A DNA stretch of 64,000 nt from an uncultured Methanomassiliicoccales archaeon (GCA_938004075.1 CALKWP010000013.1:11734-75733); one strand, 5' to 3'; shown: positions 36,518-47,366, counted from the first letter of the stretch. Notes: a model not told the origin generated them from the letters alone. Translations and numbers: made by a program.

Positions 36518-38170
36518 ATGCAAGGACAACAGCAACAGCCAATAATAATCCTCAGAGAAGGAACGGACAGGAACAAGGGCAGGGGTGCCCAGATGAACAA
36601 CATCGCAGCGGCAAAAGCCGTCGCAGATGCGGTTCGCTCGACCCTCGGGCCCAAGGGAATGGATAAAATGCTCGTGGACAGCATGGGCGACGTGGTCATC
36701 ACGAATGACGGCGCCACCATCCTGAAGGAGATCGACATCGAGCACCCGGCCGCAAAGATGGTCGTGGAAGTAGCCAAGACCCAGGACAACGAGTGCGGCG
36801 ACGGAACAACCTCCGCAGTCGTGCTGGCAGGCGAGCTGCTCAAGAAGGCGGAAAGCCTCATCGAGCAAAACGTCCACCCGACCGTTATCGCAAACGGATA
36901 CAGGCTGGCCGCGGCCGAGTCCATCAACATCTTGAAGAAACTCGGGGTCAAGGTCGACCTGAAGAACGACAAGATGCTCAAGAGCATCGCCATGACCGCG
37001 ATGACAGGGAAATCAGTCGGACCGAACAAGGAGGGTCTGGCCGAGGTAGCTGTCGGAGCCGTCAAGGCCGTTGCCGAGAAGAAGAACGGCAGCTATGTGG
37101 TCGACATCGACAACATCAAGGTGGAGAAGAAGGTCGGCGGTTCGCTGGCTGACACAAGGCTCATCGAGGGAATCATCCTGGACAAGGAAAAAGTCCACCC
37201 GAGGATGCCCAGCCAGGTGAAGAATGCAAAAATTGCCCTCATCGACTCCGCGCTGGAGATAAAGAAGACAGAAGTTGACGCGAAAATCCAGATAACCGAC
37301 CCGAGCCAGCTTCAGAAATTCCTGGACGAGGAAGAGAAGACGCTCAAGAAGAAGGCCGATGTGATCAAGAAGTCCGGCGCTAACGTCGTAGTCTGCCAGA
37401 AGGGCATAGACGACCTGGTGCAGCACTTCCTGGCCAAGGAAGGCATCTTCGCGGTCCGCAGGGTCAAGAAATCCGACATGGAAGCACTGGCCAAGGCCAC
37501 CGGCGCGAAACTCGTCACGAACCTGGAAGACCTCACGCCCGCAGACCTGGGAAAGGCCGGCATGGTCGAGGAGATGAAGATATCGGACAGCGACATGACC
37601 TTCATAACCGGCTGCAAGGACGCGAAATCCGTTTCAATCTTGATAAGGGGCGGCACCGAACACGTGATTGATGAAGCCGAGCGCGCGCTTCACGACGCGC
37701 TCAAAGTCACGGCAGTCGCAATGGAGGACGGCATCGCACTTCCGGGCGGCGGCTCAATGGAGATAGAGCTATCCCTGGCGCTCAACAAGTTCGGCTCCAA
37801 GGTGGGCGGACGCGAGCAGCTGGCCATAGAGGCGTTCTCCAAGGCAACCGAGATTATCCCGTGGACACTGGCGGAAAACGCAGGACTTGACGCAATCGAC
37901 GTCCTCATACAGCTCAGGAGCGAGCACGAGGGGAAGAAGCGCAAGACCGCAGGCATCAACGTGTTCTCCGGACAGGTAGTCGACATGCTGAAGGAGAACG
38001 TCGTAGAACCCATGAGGGTCAAGACCCAGGCCATAAACGCAGCAAGCGAGGTCGCCATAATGATCCTGAGGATCGACGATGTCATCGCTGCCAAGAAGGG
38101 CGCCGGCGGACCTCCGGGCGGCATGCCACCCGGCGGAATGGGCGGCATGGGCGGCGGAATGGATTACTGA
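36518..38170 (+). CDS. ths: Thermosome subunit (group II chaperonin)
   Basis: 550 aa; ...[19 protein letters not shown]...GDGTTS...; C-terminal [17 protein letters not shown] tail typical of thermosome subunits. Confidence 0.95.
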   Translation: MQGQQQQPIIILREGTDRNKGRGAQMNNIAAAKAVADAVRSTLGPKGMDKMLVDSMGDVVITNDGATILKEIDIEHPAAKMVVEVAKTQDNECGDGTTSAVVLAGELLKKAESLIEQNVHPTVIANGYRLAAAESINILKKLGVKVDLKNDKMLKSIAMTAMTGKSVGPNKEGLAEVAVGAVKAVAEKKNGSYVVDIDNIKVEKKVGGSLADTRLIEGIILDKEKVHPRMPSQVKNAKIALIDSALEIKKTEVDAKIQITDPSQLQKFLDEEEKTLKKKADVIKKSGANVVVCQKGIDDLVQHFLAKEGIFAVRRVKKSDMEALAKATGAKLVTNLEDLTPADLGKAGMVEEMKISDSDMTFITGCKDAKSVSILIRGGTEHVIDEAERALHDALKVTAVAMEDGIALPGGGSMEIELSLALNKFGSKVGGREQLAIEAFSKATEIIPWTLAENAGLDAIDVLIQLRSEHEGKKRKTAGINVFSGQVVDMLKENVVEPMRVKTQAINAASEVAIMILRIDDVIAAKKGAGGPPGGMPPGGMGGMGGGMDY

Positions 38171-38186
38171 GCCCAAAAAAATGAAT

Positions 38187-38230
38187 GGGCCGGTCGAAAG
38201 GCCGGCCCCAATTTTCAATTCTTGTTCTTT
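38187..38230 (+). terminator. GC hairpin GGGCCGG-TCGAAAG-GCCGGCCC followed by T-rich tract downstream of thermosome
   Basis: Read directly, 17 nt after the stop. Confidence 0.55.
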
Positions 38231-38283
38231 CAGGAAGAATCTATTAGTACCCTGACTTCAATCAGTTAGATGGAGTAGTATGG

Positions 38284-39225
38284 ATGAACAGGGACCGGGT
38301 TGAGCAGCTCAAGCACCAGCACAACTTCAACGCTGACAAGCGGCATTTCGAGAGATTGACCCTTGCCGTTGTCGTGATAACGCTGGCCACCATGTTTGCC
38401 GAAATATTATTCGGCTTGCTGACCAACTCCATGGCCCTGCTGGCGGACGGGCTGCACATGGGAACGCATGCATTCGCGCTCGCCATATCCTTCTGGGCCT
38501 ACAGGCTTGCCAGGAAGCATGCCGGCAGTGCAAAATTCACATTCGGAACCTGGAAGATTGAGATTCTTGGCGCGTACTCCAGCGCTCTGGTGCTCGGCAT
38601 AGTGGCGATAATGATGATCTACGCCTCGGTGGAGAGGATTATCAACCCACTTGCCATTCATTACGACCAAGCATTGATTGTTGCCGTCATCGGCCTGCTG
38701 GTCAACCTTGTGTGCGCCGCCATCCTGAGCTCCGGTTCCGGGCATCAGCACAGTCATGAGCATAGCGCCGGGGAACATGAGCATCACATGCATGACGACC
38801 TGAACCTCAGGTCGGCTTACGTTCATGTGATTGCTGATGCGATGACTTCCATATTCGCCATAGCCGCATTGCTGGGAGCGAAATATTACCGGCAGGATTG
38901 GCTGGACCCGGTCATGGGCATCGTGGGCGCCGCGCTGATACTTCGCTGGGGATGGCTGCTGATGAGGGAGTCGGCGCACATACTTCTGGATTACAGGGCG
39001 GTAAGCCCGCTTTCGGATAAGATAAGAAAAACAATAGAGGCTGACAACGAAACCGCGGTATGCGACCTTCATCTTTGGAAAGTGGGTGACAATGCATACG
39101 CTTGCATCATTTCCCTGGTCGCCGAAAAGGAGCGCGCGGTGGAAGAGTACAGGGAGATGCTGGGCAAATTTCCTGAACTGAAGCATATCACCATCGAGAA
39201 GAATGATTCCTGCGAAATTCGGTAG
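38284..39225 (+). CDS. Cation diffusion facilitator (CzcD/ZitB-like) metal efflux transporter
   Basis: 313 aa; 6 TM, LADGLHMGTHAF, His-rich loop GSGHQHSHEHSAGEHEHHMHDD, C-terminal cytoplasmic domain. Confidence 0.8.
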   Translation: MNRDRVEQLKHQHNFNADKRHFERLTLAVVVITLATMFAEILFGLLTNSMALLADGLHMGTHAFALAISFWAYRLARKHAGSAKFTFGTWKIEILGAYSSALVLGIVAIMMIYASVERIINPLAIHYDQALIVAVIGLLVNLVCAAILSSGSGHQHSHEHSAGEHEHHMHDDLNLRSAYVHVIADAMTSIFAIAALLGAKYYRQDWLDPVMGIVGAALILRWGWLLMRESAHILLDYRAVSPLSDKIRKTIEADNETAVCDLHLWKVGDNAYACIISLVAEKERAVEEYREMLGKFPELKHITIEKNDSCEIR

Positions 39226-39241
39226 AATAATTGAAGGAGAA

Positions 39242-39262
39242 GGCAGCCCAAATCGGGCTGCC
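39242..39262. terminator. 8-bp stem hairpin GGCAGCCC-AAATC-GGGCTGCC between convergent CDF and Pop5 genes
   Basis: Read directly. Confidence 0.45.
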
Positions 39263-39264
39263 CA

Positions 39265-39579
39265 TTACATTGATTCTTTGGCCTTTCTGATCGTTCCTGA
39301 TGTCGTGACTGTTTTTATCGAGATCTTCAGGCGCTCCTCGCCGACCTCATTCACGGCGCCCAGCAATTCCACCGCCTTATCGCGGTCATGATGGGTACAC
39401 CGGAGTATGCCGCGGTTGTTCTGGAATGCTGTTAGCCACGGGCGTATCTCATCGGACTGGTCGAGCCCCATGCGGCTGGCTATGCGCTGGAATTCCTTGA
39501 TAAGTTCCCATCGCTCGATGGCCCTGGGGGCGTCTATCTCGAATACGATGTACCGGTGCCTGAATTCCCTGACTGCCAT
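39265..39579 (-). CDS. rnp2: RNase P protein component 2 (Pop5/Rpp14 homolog)
   Basis: 104 aa; ...RHRYIVFEIDAP... RRM-like Pop5 signature. Confidence 0.65.
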   Translation of the reverse strand: MAVREFRHRYIVFEIDAPRAIERWELIKEFQRIASRMGLDQSDEIRPWLTAFQNNRGILRCTHHDRDKAVELLGAVNEVGEERLKISIKTVTTSGTIRKAKESM

Positions 39580-39591
39580 AACGGATCACGG

Positions 39592-40707
39592 TCAGTGGAC
39601 AAAGTCCATTCCGCCGGCGCCGCCCTGAACGTCAGCGCCCATGAGCTGCGGGCTCTTGACGCCGGTGATGACCACCAGTATGTTGACATCGCCTTTTATT
39701 GTGGGGTCAACGGTGCATCCCCAGATTATGCGGGCCTGCGGGCTTATCCTGGCGCTGACGAGCTCGGCAGCTTGCTGGGCCTCGGATATTGTCATGTCCT
39801 CGCCGCCTACAACACGTATCAGCGCGCCTTTGGAGCCTGTAAGATCGATGTCGCCCAATAGGGGTGAATTAAGTGCCTCGCCGACTGCGAGCTCAACGCG
39901 CTCGCGGTCGTCGTTGGATGAGCCAATGCCCACCATTGCCACGCCGCCGTTCTCCATGACGGTCATCAGGTCGCTGTAATCCAGATTGACCAGGCCGGGC
40001 TTGGTGACTATCTCGGTCATGCCCTTTATGGAGTTCATGAGAATCTCATCCGCAACTTTGAATGCCGCGTCAAGAGGCAGTCTCGGCACGAGTTCCAGGA
40101 GCTTGTCGTTCTGGATGACGATGGTCGTGTCGCACTTGTTGCGGAGCTTGTTGAGACCCTTTATGGCGTTCTCCATCCTCAAGCGGCCTTCTGCCTTGAA
40201 GGGAAGTGTAACAACGCCCATGACCAGTGCGCCCTGCTCCTTGGCGATTTCGGCAACCACGGACGCCGAGCCGGTGCCTGTGCCCCCGCCCATTCCGGCG
40301 GTGACGAAAACTATGTGCGCGCCTTCCAGGTATGCCCTTATCTCGTCCTCGTTCTCCCTGGATGCCTGCTCTCCGACCTCGGGAAGCGCACCGGCGCCCA
40401 GGCCCTTCGTGGCCCTTCTTCCAATGAGCATCTTCTTGGGAGCGTGTACGTGCAGAAGGTGAGTCGCATCGGTGTTGATGGCCATCATCTGTGCGCCGAC
40501 AACGCCGGTCTCTGTGAGGCGGTTCACGGTGTTCGAGCCGCCGCCGCCGCAACCAACGATCTTGACGTTTATCCTCAAGGCCTCGACGAGCTTCTTGAGC
40601 TCCTCATCATCCGGGCTCTCGTTGTAAATGCCAGATGATATCTTAACCTCTTGGACTTTCTTGTGTTCATCATGCCGTGCCAAAGCTTCTTCTATTATCG
40701 ATTTCAT
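39592..40707 (-). CDS. ftsZ: Cell division GTPase FtsZ
   Basis: GGGTGTGSASVVAEIAKE tubulin signature; 371 aa. Confidence 0.95.
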   Translation of the reverse strand: MKSIIEEALARHDEHKKVQEVKISSGIYNESPDDEELKKLVEALRINVKIVGCGGGGSNTVNRLTETGVVGAQMMAINTDATHLLHVHAPKKMLIGRRATKGLGAGALPEVGEQASRENEDEIRAYLEGAHIVFVTAGMGGGTGTGSASVVAEIAKEQGALVMGVVTLPFKAEGRLRMENAIKGLNKLRNKCDTTIVIQNDKLLELVPRLPLDAAFKVADEILMNSIKGMTEIVTKPGLVNLDYSDLMTVMENGGVAMVGIGSSNDDRERVELAVGEALNSPLLGDIDLTGSKGALIRVVGGEDMTISEAQQAAELVSARISPQARIIWGCTVDPTIKGDVNILVVITGVKSPQLMGADVQGGAGGMDFVH

Positions 40708-40814
40708 GTAATTCCCATCCCTGTGAATTATTTAAACCAGTAATGTGTTTCGGCTATTTAAAATTTAGCTGTGTATATATTAACCGCCGAAAAGATTGTT
40801 TTGGGGCTACTGGC

Positions 40815-41801
40815 TCAGGCAATTTCATCAAAAACGTAATTGCTCCATGACCGGGTTCCGACCAATATCTCGGCCTCCGGCGGAGTCAGAATCGGCACAG
40901 GAAATGCCGCATAATCATCCAGGGCAAGGCGCGGGCAGGCCGTCGAAACCCAGGCATCGAGGCCGAGGTTCTGGAGCTTTCCCGGGGTGACAAGGTCCAT
41001 CTCAACGAGGACATTTTCAAGACCTGCATCAGAGAGCAGCTTGCTTATCCGATGCGCGGCGGCCGCGCGCCTCTGTCCCTGCTTGGCTGAAACAATGATG
41101 CCGAAACTCTTCGCAGCCCTGGCCCTCTCGATGGCTGCGTGCCTCTGCCTGAGCATCCTGTCCCTGGCGGGTGCCATGTCCCTGACTTCCCCGGTCACCG
41201 GGTCGGCTGCAATGACTGATTTTGAGGTGGACAGTGCAATGGCGAGCGGGTGAAAATCCCCTGTGCCGACAAAAAGGAAGCCGTCCACATCATCGGATAT
41301 CGACGTGGCGCTGGACGCATTGCACCCGAGAACCTGGCCGTCCGAGTATATCCGCGAGTCTCCTTTCCCCACATAGACCTCGATGCCCCTGGATTTCAGG
41401 AAATCCATCATGTCGGCAAGGAGGTGGATGTGCTGGACGGTCGTCAGCAGCCCGGTGCGGCCGCGCAGGTCGGGCAACGCTGCCTCCAGAACCGGCGTCG
41501 GGTCCGCGCCGGACCTGGCTTGGATGTAGAGAACGCTGGCCGGCGTTTTCAAGCAAGGAATCGGAAGATGGCCGTAATGCACCACAAGGTCCGCGCCGTT
41601 GTTCGGGATGTCGCAGGCGCCGAAGCATGGCTCGCCGGATATGATGACCACGGCATCCACTCGGGACGATATTGCCGCCGCGACTGCCGGCGCCTGCCTC
41701 TTCAGGCCTTCCGGGAACTGCAGCAGAACCGTATGGCAATGGCGGTCCCTGATGGTCTTCACGACCCTGTCCAGCTCGAAATCGAAGTCTTCCTGCATCA
41801 C
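40815..41801 (-). CDS. dph2: 2-(3-amino-3-carboxypropyl)histidine synthase Dph2 (radical-SAM-like, diphthamide step 1)
   Basis: 328 aa; ...TVLLQFPEGLKRQAPAVA... and conserved Cys in three domains typical of archaeal Dph2. Confidence 0.7.
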   Translation of the reverse strand: MMQEDFDFELDRVVKTIRDRHCHTVLLQFPEGLKRQAPAVAAAISSRVDAVVIISGEPCFGACDIPNNGADLVVHYGHLPIPCLKTPASVLYIQARSGADPTPVLEAALPDLRGRTGLLTTVQHIHLLADMMDFLKSRGIEVYVGKGDSRIYSDGQVLGCNASSATSISDDVDGFLFVGTGDFHPLAIALSTSKSVIAADPVTGEVRDMAPARDRMLRQRHAAIERARAAKSFGIIVSAKQGQRRAAAAHRISKLLSDAGLENVLVEMDLVTPGKLQNLGLDAWVSTACPRLALDDYAAFPVPILTPPEAEILVGTRSWSNYVFDEIA

Positions 41802-42943
41802 AGCTCACCCAGTACTTTCTCCAGCTCCCCGAAAAGGCCATCTATTGAGGATCTGGTCACGTGGGGCATCATCACCAGTCTCAAGCTGGGCGGATTCCTG
41901 GCTACCGAGACTTTCCAGCCGCGGCCATCCAGCATCCTCTGGACCTTCTTCGGGTCCGGAACGTAGAGGCAGAGAATGTTCATGACCGGCTCGATAACCG
42001 GATCCAGGCCGAGCTTGTGGGCCTTTCCGAGAGCGTAGCCAGTAACATCCATGCATTCCCTGACGATATTCAGATAACCTTCACGGCCAAGTGCCCGCAT
42101 TGCTGCGTAGGATGCGGCGACCGCTGCGCTGCACCTCGTGCCAGACAGGGCGGAAAGCTGGCCCAGCATGTCCAGGTAGGGCGCGTCCTTGTGAATGGTC
42201 CTGAACCACTCCCTGTCCCTGACCAGCAGCGCGCCGGAAGGGACGGTCGCCATGCCCATTTTGTGCGGGTCCGCGGCTATGCTGGAAACGCCCGGCACCG
42301 AGAAATCGAAGTCCGGAGTTTTATGCCCCAGCTCTCTCAGGAATGGAAGCACGAAACCGCCGAAGGCCGCATCCACGTGCAGGAATGTTTTTTCCGGCAG
42401 AATCTCCGAGATGGCCCTGATGTCGTCCACAGCGCCCAGCTCGGTTGTGCCGGCTATTCCCACCACCGCGGCAACATCGTCGCCAAGAACACTGGAAAGC
42501 CGGTCGATGTCCATTGCATAATCCGGGCCCATGGGGACCATTACCGGCTCCATGGCCAGTATGTCGCAGGCCTTGTGGAACGAGAAATGGGCGCTTGCAG
42601 GAAATACCACTTTTTTCTTCTTCGTGATGTTCCTGGCCATCCAGAGCGCCGTGATGTTGGCTTCGGTGCCGCCGCTCACCACGCCGCCCGCGATATTCTC
42701 ATCCGCTCCAAGAAGCTGGCCTATCGCAGCAACCACCTGCTTCTCCAAGTCCAGGGTGCCCGGATAGAGGCCCGCATTGCCCAGGTTGGATTCTATGAAC
42801 ATTGAGTGCGCTTCCGCCGCTATGTCCAGGGGCTTCGTGCACATTGAGCTGATGACATGGCCATCGCCGAAATGATGGTCCTTCGAGCGCGCGGCCTCCA
42901 GTTCCACCATTATCTTCTCCCTTGGAATGCCTTTCCGCCACAT
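41798..42943 (-). CDS. mfnA: PLP-dependent L-tyrosine/L-aspartate decarboxylase MfnA family
   Basis: ...GGVVSGGTEANITAL..., ...SIAADPHKMG... (PLP-lysine) group II decarboxylase motifs. ~381 aa from ATG 42943. Confidence 0.75.
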   Translation of the reverse strand: MWRKGIPREKIMVELEAARSKDHHFGDGHVISSMCTKPLDIAAEAHSMFIESNLGNAGLYPGTLDLEKQVVAAIGQLLGADENIAGGVVSGGTEANITALWMARNITKKKKVVFPASAHFSFHKACDILAMEPVMVPMGPDYAMDIDRLSSVLGDDVAAVVGIAGTTELGAVDDIRAISEILPEKTFLHVDAAFGGFVLPFLRELGHKTPDFDFSVPGVSSIAADPHKMGMATVPSGALLVRDREWFRTIHKDAPYLDMLGQLSALSGTRCSAAVAASYAAMRALGREGYLNIVRECMDVTGYALGKAHKLGLDPVIEPVMNILCLYVPDPKKVQRMLDGRGWKVSVARNPPSLRLVMMPHVTRSSIDGLFGELEKVLGEL

Positions 42944-42944
42944 C

Positions 42945-44600
42945 TCACTTCCTCCCCTGTTCCAACAGCATGCGCTTCTCAACCGATGCGACTATGTGCT
43001 TCACAGTGCCCAGCTCCGACGCGCCAACGCAGATTATGTCGGCACCGTTCCTCACCAGGAACTCCAGCATGCTTGGGATTGACGTCATGTCATCGGAAAG
43101 TATCGAGAGCATGCCCGGCTTATTCCGCAGCGCGTTCTCGAGCGCGCTTTCCAGCGCCGGAACAGTGTGCAGCATCCAGTCGGTTCCCTCGCCCCCGCCG
43201 AGCATCAGCTTAGCCAGCGAATCCAGGTCCAGCGCCATGACGTCCGCGTTCTTTGCCAGTGAGTCCATGAAGAAAAGATTGCTGGGGTACATTATGCGCA
43301 CCCATATCTCGGGCTGCGACGCTTCCCCGGATGACGCGCGAATGGCCGCAACGACCTTCGCCAGTTCATTGGCGCTGCGGATGCCTGGTATCAGAATCCC
43401 GGGCCGCATGCCGCTGTCCGATATTATTTTGAGAGATGCAGCCAGGCGGTCAAGCGTTTGCTTTGAGGCGTCGCCTAGTTCTATGACCATGACGCCAGAA
43501 CTCAGGCGGCGCTTGGCTTCAGTGGCCATTGCGGTTATGCCGGATTGCCAGTTGTTATCGGTCAGGATATTCCCGGTGACCAGTATCCCGTCCACAAAGG
43601 AGTCGCCGGCTGCCGCTATATGCGCTGAAGAACTGGCGCTCAGGAACATCCTGGTGGCGATGACTGGGCCTGTTGGCGCCGCGATTTTTTGAGGCAATAC
43701 CGGTTCCAGAAGGCTGATGCTCCTCTCCCTGGGCGGGATTCCCGGCTCGGACACCGGGTCTGACATGAGAATGGCCGCGCAGACGAGCGGATGGGATGAA
43801 ACGAAGCAAACCGTGCATGAGGATACGGCTGGATGCTGGCTCATGAAGTAATTGATATCCGCAAGCTGAGCAAGCATGTCCCCGCTCAGTTTTTCCTCGC
43901 CGGCGAAATCCCCGGATATCCTGACCCTGGATGGTCCCTGCTCCCTCATCACGTATTGAAAATCCTGGGGCCGCATCTCCATCCTGTCAAGCTTGCCTTC
44001 CGGGGTGAAGCTGTAAATATCGCTTGACACGACCGGGTCGTGCAGCCCCTCCGGCAGCCCGAACACCGCCCTGGCCTGTATATCGCCGGATTTGCGCCTC
44101 ATCTCCATGGAAACTTCCGATTCAATCACTTCCTTCACAATAACCGCGGGCATGTCCCTGTCCAGCTTGTCCAATCCGGTCCGGAGCCATTTCACCCAGC
44201 AATGCTTGACTGCGTCCAGAAGGTCCTGGCCCCCCGCAGCGTACACGGGAGATTGACCGGCCCCATACCTGGAACTGGTGGTGACTGAAGCAATCGAACC
44301 CAATTCGCCGAATGCCTCCAGTATCTCCATCTCATGGGCCCAGTTTATCCGGGACGAGGCGAACGCCGCTTTCACGGTGCGCCATCCCTCGTCCGGGGTT
44401 TCGCTTCCGGCCTTGAACATGGCCAGCGCGGACTTGACACCTTCATTGCCAAGGAACTCGGAGAAAACGAGCGGTGTGATGACGAAGCCCCTGGCGACCG
44501 GAAAGCCGGCCTGCGCGAAGGACGCCATCCCTGCGCCTAGCGAGCCCGCAGCGGACTCGTTTAGACAACCGATATCGCTGAAACTCATCACGCTTGTCAT
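42945..44600 (-). CDS. PEP-utilizing enzyme family protein (PEP synthase/PPDK-like N- and C-terminal domains, compact 551 aa)
   Basis: N-terminal ...AGFPVARGFVITPLVFSEF... resembles PPDK_N nucleotide-binding domain. Possible phospho-His region SASSSAHIAAAG. C-terminal TIM-barrel-like ...NGADIICVGASELG.... Stop 2 nt from mfnA start. Confidence 0.5.
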   Translation of the reverse strand: MTSVMSFSDIGCLNESAAGSLGAGMASFAQAGFPVARGFVITPLVFSEFLGNEGVKSALAMFKAGSETPDEGWRTVKAAFASSRINWAHEMEILEAFGELGSIASVTTSSRYGAGQSPVYAAGGQDLLDAVKHCWVKWLRTGLDKLDRDMPAVIVKEVIESEVSMEMRRKSGDIQARAVFGLPEGLHDPVVSSDIYSFTPEGKLDRMEMRPQDFQYVMREQGPSRVRISGDFAGEEKLSGDMLAQLADINYFMSQHPAVSSCTVCFVSSHPLVCAAILMSDPVSEPGIPPRERSISLLEPVLPQKIAAPTGPVIATRMFLSASSSAHIAAAGDSFVDGILVTGNILTDNNWQSGITAMATEAKRRLSSGVMVIELGDASKQTLDRLAASLKIISDSGMRPGILIPGIRSANELAKVVAAIRASSGEASQPEIWVRIMYPSNLFFMDSLAKNADVMALDLDSLAKLMLGGGEGTDWMLHTVPALESALENALRNKPGMLSILSDDMTSIPSMLEFLVRNGADIICVGASELGTVKHIVASVEKRMLLEQGRK

Positions 44601-44664
44601 TGCACAACCTTAAGGTTCCTCCGGTAAAAAACATTTTGTAATCCGACAACATGGGTGTCTTGGT

Positions 44665-45453
44665 GTGAAAATGAAATACAAAAGCATCGAAACAATCATC
44701 GAGAACGGCATCGCCACAGCCACGCTGGCGACCCCGGACAACATGAACGCCCTGGGCGAGGCCATGTCCCTGGAGCTGGAGCATTTCCTAATCGAATGCC
44801 AGGAAAGCGATTCAGTGAAAGTCATCATAATCACGGGGAAAGGAAAGGCGTTCTGCGCCGGGGGAAATGTAAAAGCAATGGCCGATGCTGAAGACCCTGA
44901 GACCTTCCTTGCCGAATTATCGGGATGGATCCACAAACCTGTTCATCGCATCCAGACCATGGAGAAGATTGTTATTGCGGCAGTTAACGGCCATGCTGTT
45001 GGAGCGGGCGCAGCGCTGGCGATGGCCTGCGACCTGCGGTATGCCTCCAGGGCCGCAAAATTCAACATGGGCTTCATGAAGATCGGCCTGGCTCCGGGCT
45101 GCGGCACTTACTTCCTGCCAAAGCTGGTCGGCAAGGCAAGAGCCGGTGAATTGATCTACCTCAGCGAGACTATCGATGCCGATGCCGCGGAAAAATTTGG
45201 GCTGGTCAATCATGCCGTGGAACCAGAGGAGCTCATGCCGATTGTGATCAAAGCTGCCGAGAGCATCGCCAAAGGGCCGACGCTGGCCATCGGCCGCGCC
45301 AAAACCCTGCTGCGGCTGAGCGAGAATAGCAGGCTGGAGGAGCATCTGGCAGCGGAGCGGCATATGATTTCCATCTCAGGGGCGACGGGGGACTTCCGGG
45401 AAGGCGTTAACGCTTTCACCGAAAAGCGGGAGCCGAAATTTGCCGGGCGTTAA
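44665..45453 (+). CDS. Enoyl-CoA hydratase/isomerase family protein
   Basis: 262 aa; ...TGKGKAFCAGGNV... oxyanion-hole motif, crotonase fold. Confidence 0.8.
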   Translation: MKMKYKSIETIIENGIATATLATPDNMNALGEAMSLELEHFLIECQESDSVKVIIITGKGKAFCAGGNVKAMADAEDPETFLAELSGWIHKPVHRIQTMEKIVIAAVNGHAVGAGAALAMACDLRYASRAAKFNMGFMKIGLAPGCGTYFLPKLVGKARAGELIYLSETIDADAAEKFGLVNHAVEPEELMPIVIKAAESIAKGPTLAIGRAKTLLRLSENSRLEEHLAAERHMISISGATGDFREGVNAFTEKREPKFAGR

Positions 45454-47255
45454 TACCCGAGTTTCTTCGCCTCGTCCTCAGCTTGTCTCACCATTCCATC
45501 CAGCAAGTCCAGCCCGTTCTGCCAGAACTCCGGCTTGGTGATGTCCAGACCCATCTTGGCCATGAGGTTCTTCGGGTAGTCCGAGCCGCCGGCTGCCAGC
45601 ATGTCAAGGTATTTCGGCACGAATGGCTGGCCCTGCTTGCGGTACTGCTCATAGAGGGAGAGGACCATCAGCTCGCCGAATGAGTAAGCGTAAGTGTAGA
45701 ACGGGTAGTGAACAAAGTGGAGCACGTACGACCACCAGAGGCCGTACTCATCCGTCATCTCGACCGAGTTGCCGAACATCCACTTGTTCTCTTCCAGCCA
45801 TATCTTGTGGATTTCCTCAGGTTTCAGCTCGCCCTGCTCGCGCCTTGCCTTGTGGAGACGGGTCTCGAACCGGTTCATCATTATCTGGCGCATTACTGTT
45901 GCGAACGTTCCTTCAATCTTCCCGCAGAGCAGGTTCAGGCGCTTCTTGGGGTCCTTCTCCTTGGCCAGGATGTCGTTGAACAGTATCATCTCGCCGAATA
46001 TGCTTGCTGTTTCAGCCATGCACAGCGAAGTGTCCATGAGAAGGTCGCCCTGCTGCCTTGCCAGGTACTGGTGTATGCCGTGGCCCATCTCGTGCGCCAT
46101 CGTGGAGGCGTCGCTCAGGGTGTCCGTGTAGTTCAGCATGATGTAAGGGTGATGGTCTGATGCGGTGCTCGCTGAGAACGCGCCGCCCTCCTTGCCCTGC
46201 CTCGGGTCGGCGTCAATCCAGCCCTTCTCGAAGAATTGCTTGGCTATCTCGCCGGATTTCGGGCTGAAGGACGAGTATGCGGCAATGGTCATGGCCTTGG
46301 CGGTTTCGTAGTCGCACGGCTCCTCTTCCTGGGTGATCGGGCAGTATCGGTCGTAATCCTTGAGTTTCTTGATTCCGAGCAATTTCGCCTTCAGCTTGTA
46401 ATACCTGGCCACCATGGCGACGTTCTTGTCCACCGCGGTTTTCAGGCTCTCGACTGTTTCATCGTCCACTTCATTGGCCAGGTTCCTCTTCTTGGCCGGG
46501 TGCGGGAATTTCCTGAATTCATCTTCAGTGGCATGGGCCTGAACGAGAGTGTTGAATATGTAAGTCAGCAGGTCCATGTTGGCCTCCAGCGCCTGCGTGA
46601 CGCCTTTGTGGGCCGCCTTCCTCTTGTCCCGGTCCGGGTGGAAGAGCAGTGCCAGCGCGCCGTCCATGGGCATCTCCTGGGTCTTGCCGTCGATTTTCAC
46701 TTTGACTTTGGTCTTGCCCATAGTCTCGTCGAAGAGCCGGACGAACGCCTGGCGGCCGGAAAGCTCGAGCGCGCTCATGAGCTTTTCTTCAGCTTCAGAA
46801 AGCTGGTGGGGTTTCATAAGCCGCTTCGCCTCCAGGAGGTGCTTGTACTTTGCAAGCTCGGGGGAATCCATCAGCTTCTTGGCGGCAGAATCATCAACCG
46901 CGCACCAGGCAAGTTCGACGAAAATCATATGGCGCTCTGCTTTTACCATGAGTTCCATGAGAGCCTGCTTCAGGGCTGCAATGTCCTTGTCGGTGGTGTT
47001 CTGGGCGGACCTCAGGTGAGCGTAGTAAACCGGCTTGCGGATTTCTCTTGTTATGGCTTCCAGTTCCTTCACAAGCTCCAGCAATTGCCCCGGCTTTATG
47101 GATGAGTTCAGCATCGGCCGGTACTTGGATTCGAATGCCTCGGCCTTTTTCACGGCCGCCGCCATCTGGCTTTTAACTTTGTCATGATTCAGAGACGGAC
47201 ATATTTCCTCAAAATTCCATTCAATTCCCTTTGCGCTGGATTGTGTTTCGCCCAT
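45450..47255 (-). CDS. pepF: Oligoendopeptidase F (M3B metallopeptidase)
   Basis: 601 aa; HEMGHGIH zinc-binding HExxH plus downstream E. Confidence 0.85.
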   Translation of the reverse strand: MGETQSSAKGIEWNFEEICPSLNHDKVKSQMAAAVKKAEAFESKYRPMLNSSIKPGQLLELVKELEAITREIRKPVYYAHLRSAQNTTDKDIAALKQALMELMVKAERHMIFVELAWCAVDDSAAKKLMDSPELAKYKHLLEAKRLMKPHQLSEAEEKLMSALELSGRQAFVRLFDETMGKTKVKVKIDGKTQEMPMDGALALLFHPDRDKRKAAHKGVTQALEANMDLLTYIFNTLVQAHATEDEFRKFPHPAKKRNLANEVDDETVESLKTAVDKNVAMVARYYKLKAKLLGIKKLKDYDRYCPITQEEEPCDYETAKAMTIAAYSSFSPKSGEIAKQFFEKGWIDADPRQGKEGGAFSASTASDHHPYIMLNYTDTLSDASTMAHEMGHGIHQYLARQQGDLLMDTSLCMAETASIFGEMILFNDILAKEKDPKKRLNLLCGKIEGTFATVMRQIMMNRFETRLHKARREQGELKPEEIHKIWLEENKWMFGNSVEMTDEYGLWWSYVLHFVHYPFYTYAYSFGELMVLSLYEQYRKQGQPFVPKYLDMLAAGGSDYPKNLMAKMGLDITKPEFWQNGLDLLDGMVRQAEDEAKKLGY

Positions 47256-47366
47256 TTTCTTTCACCAAGGATGGGGATAAGGAAGTGGATTAATAATTTA
47301 ACCGTAGTTTATTCATCAAAATCTGAGCGCAGTTGCGGTTCTGGGATTATGCTGATTCTTGCAACC

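Noticed and set aside
41250-42805. Two long plus-strand ORFs (41250..41966, 41861..42805)
   Set aside because: Antisense to dph2 and mfnA.
46236-47105. 289-aa plus-strand ORF
   Set aside because: Antisense to pepF.
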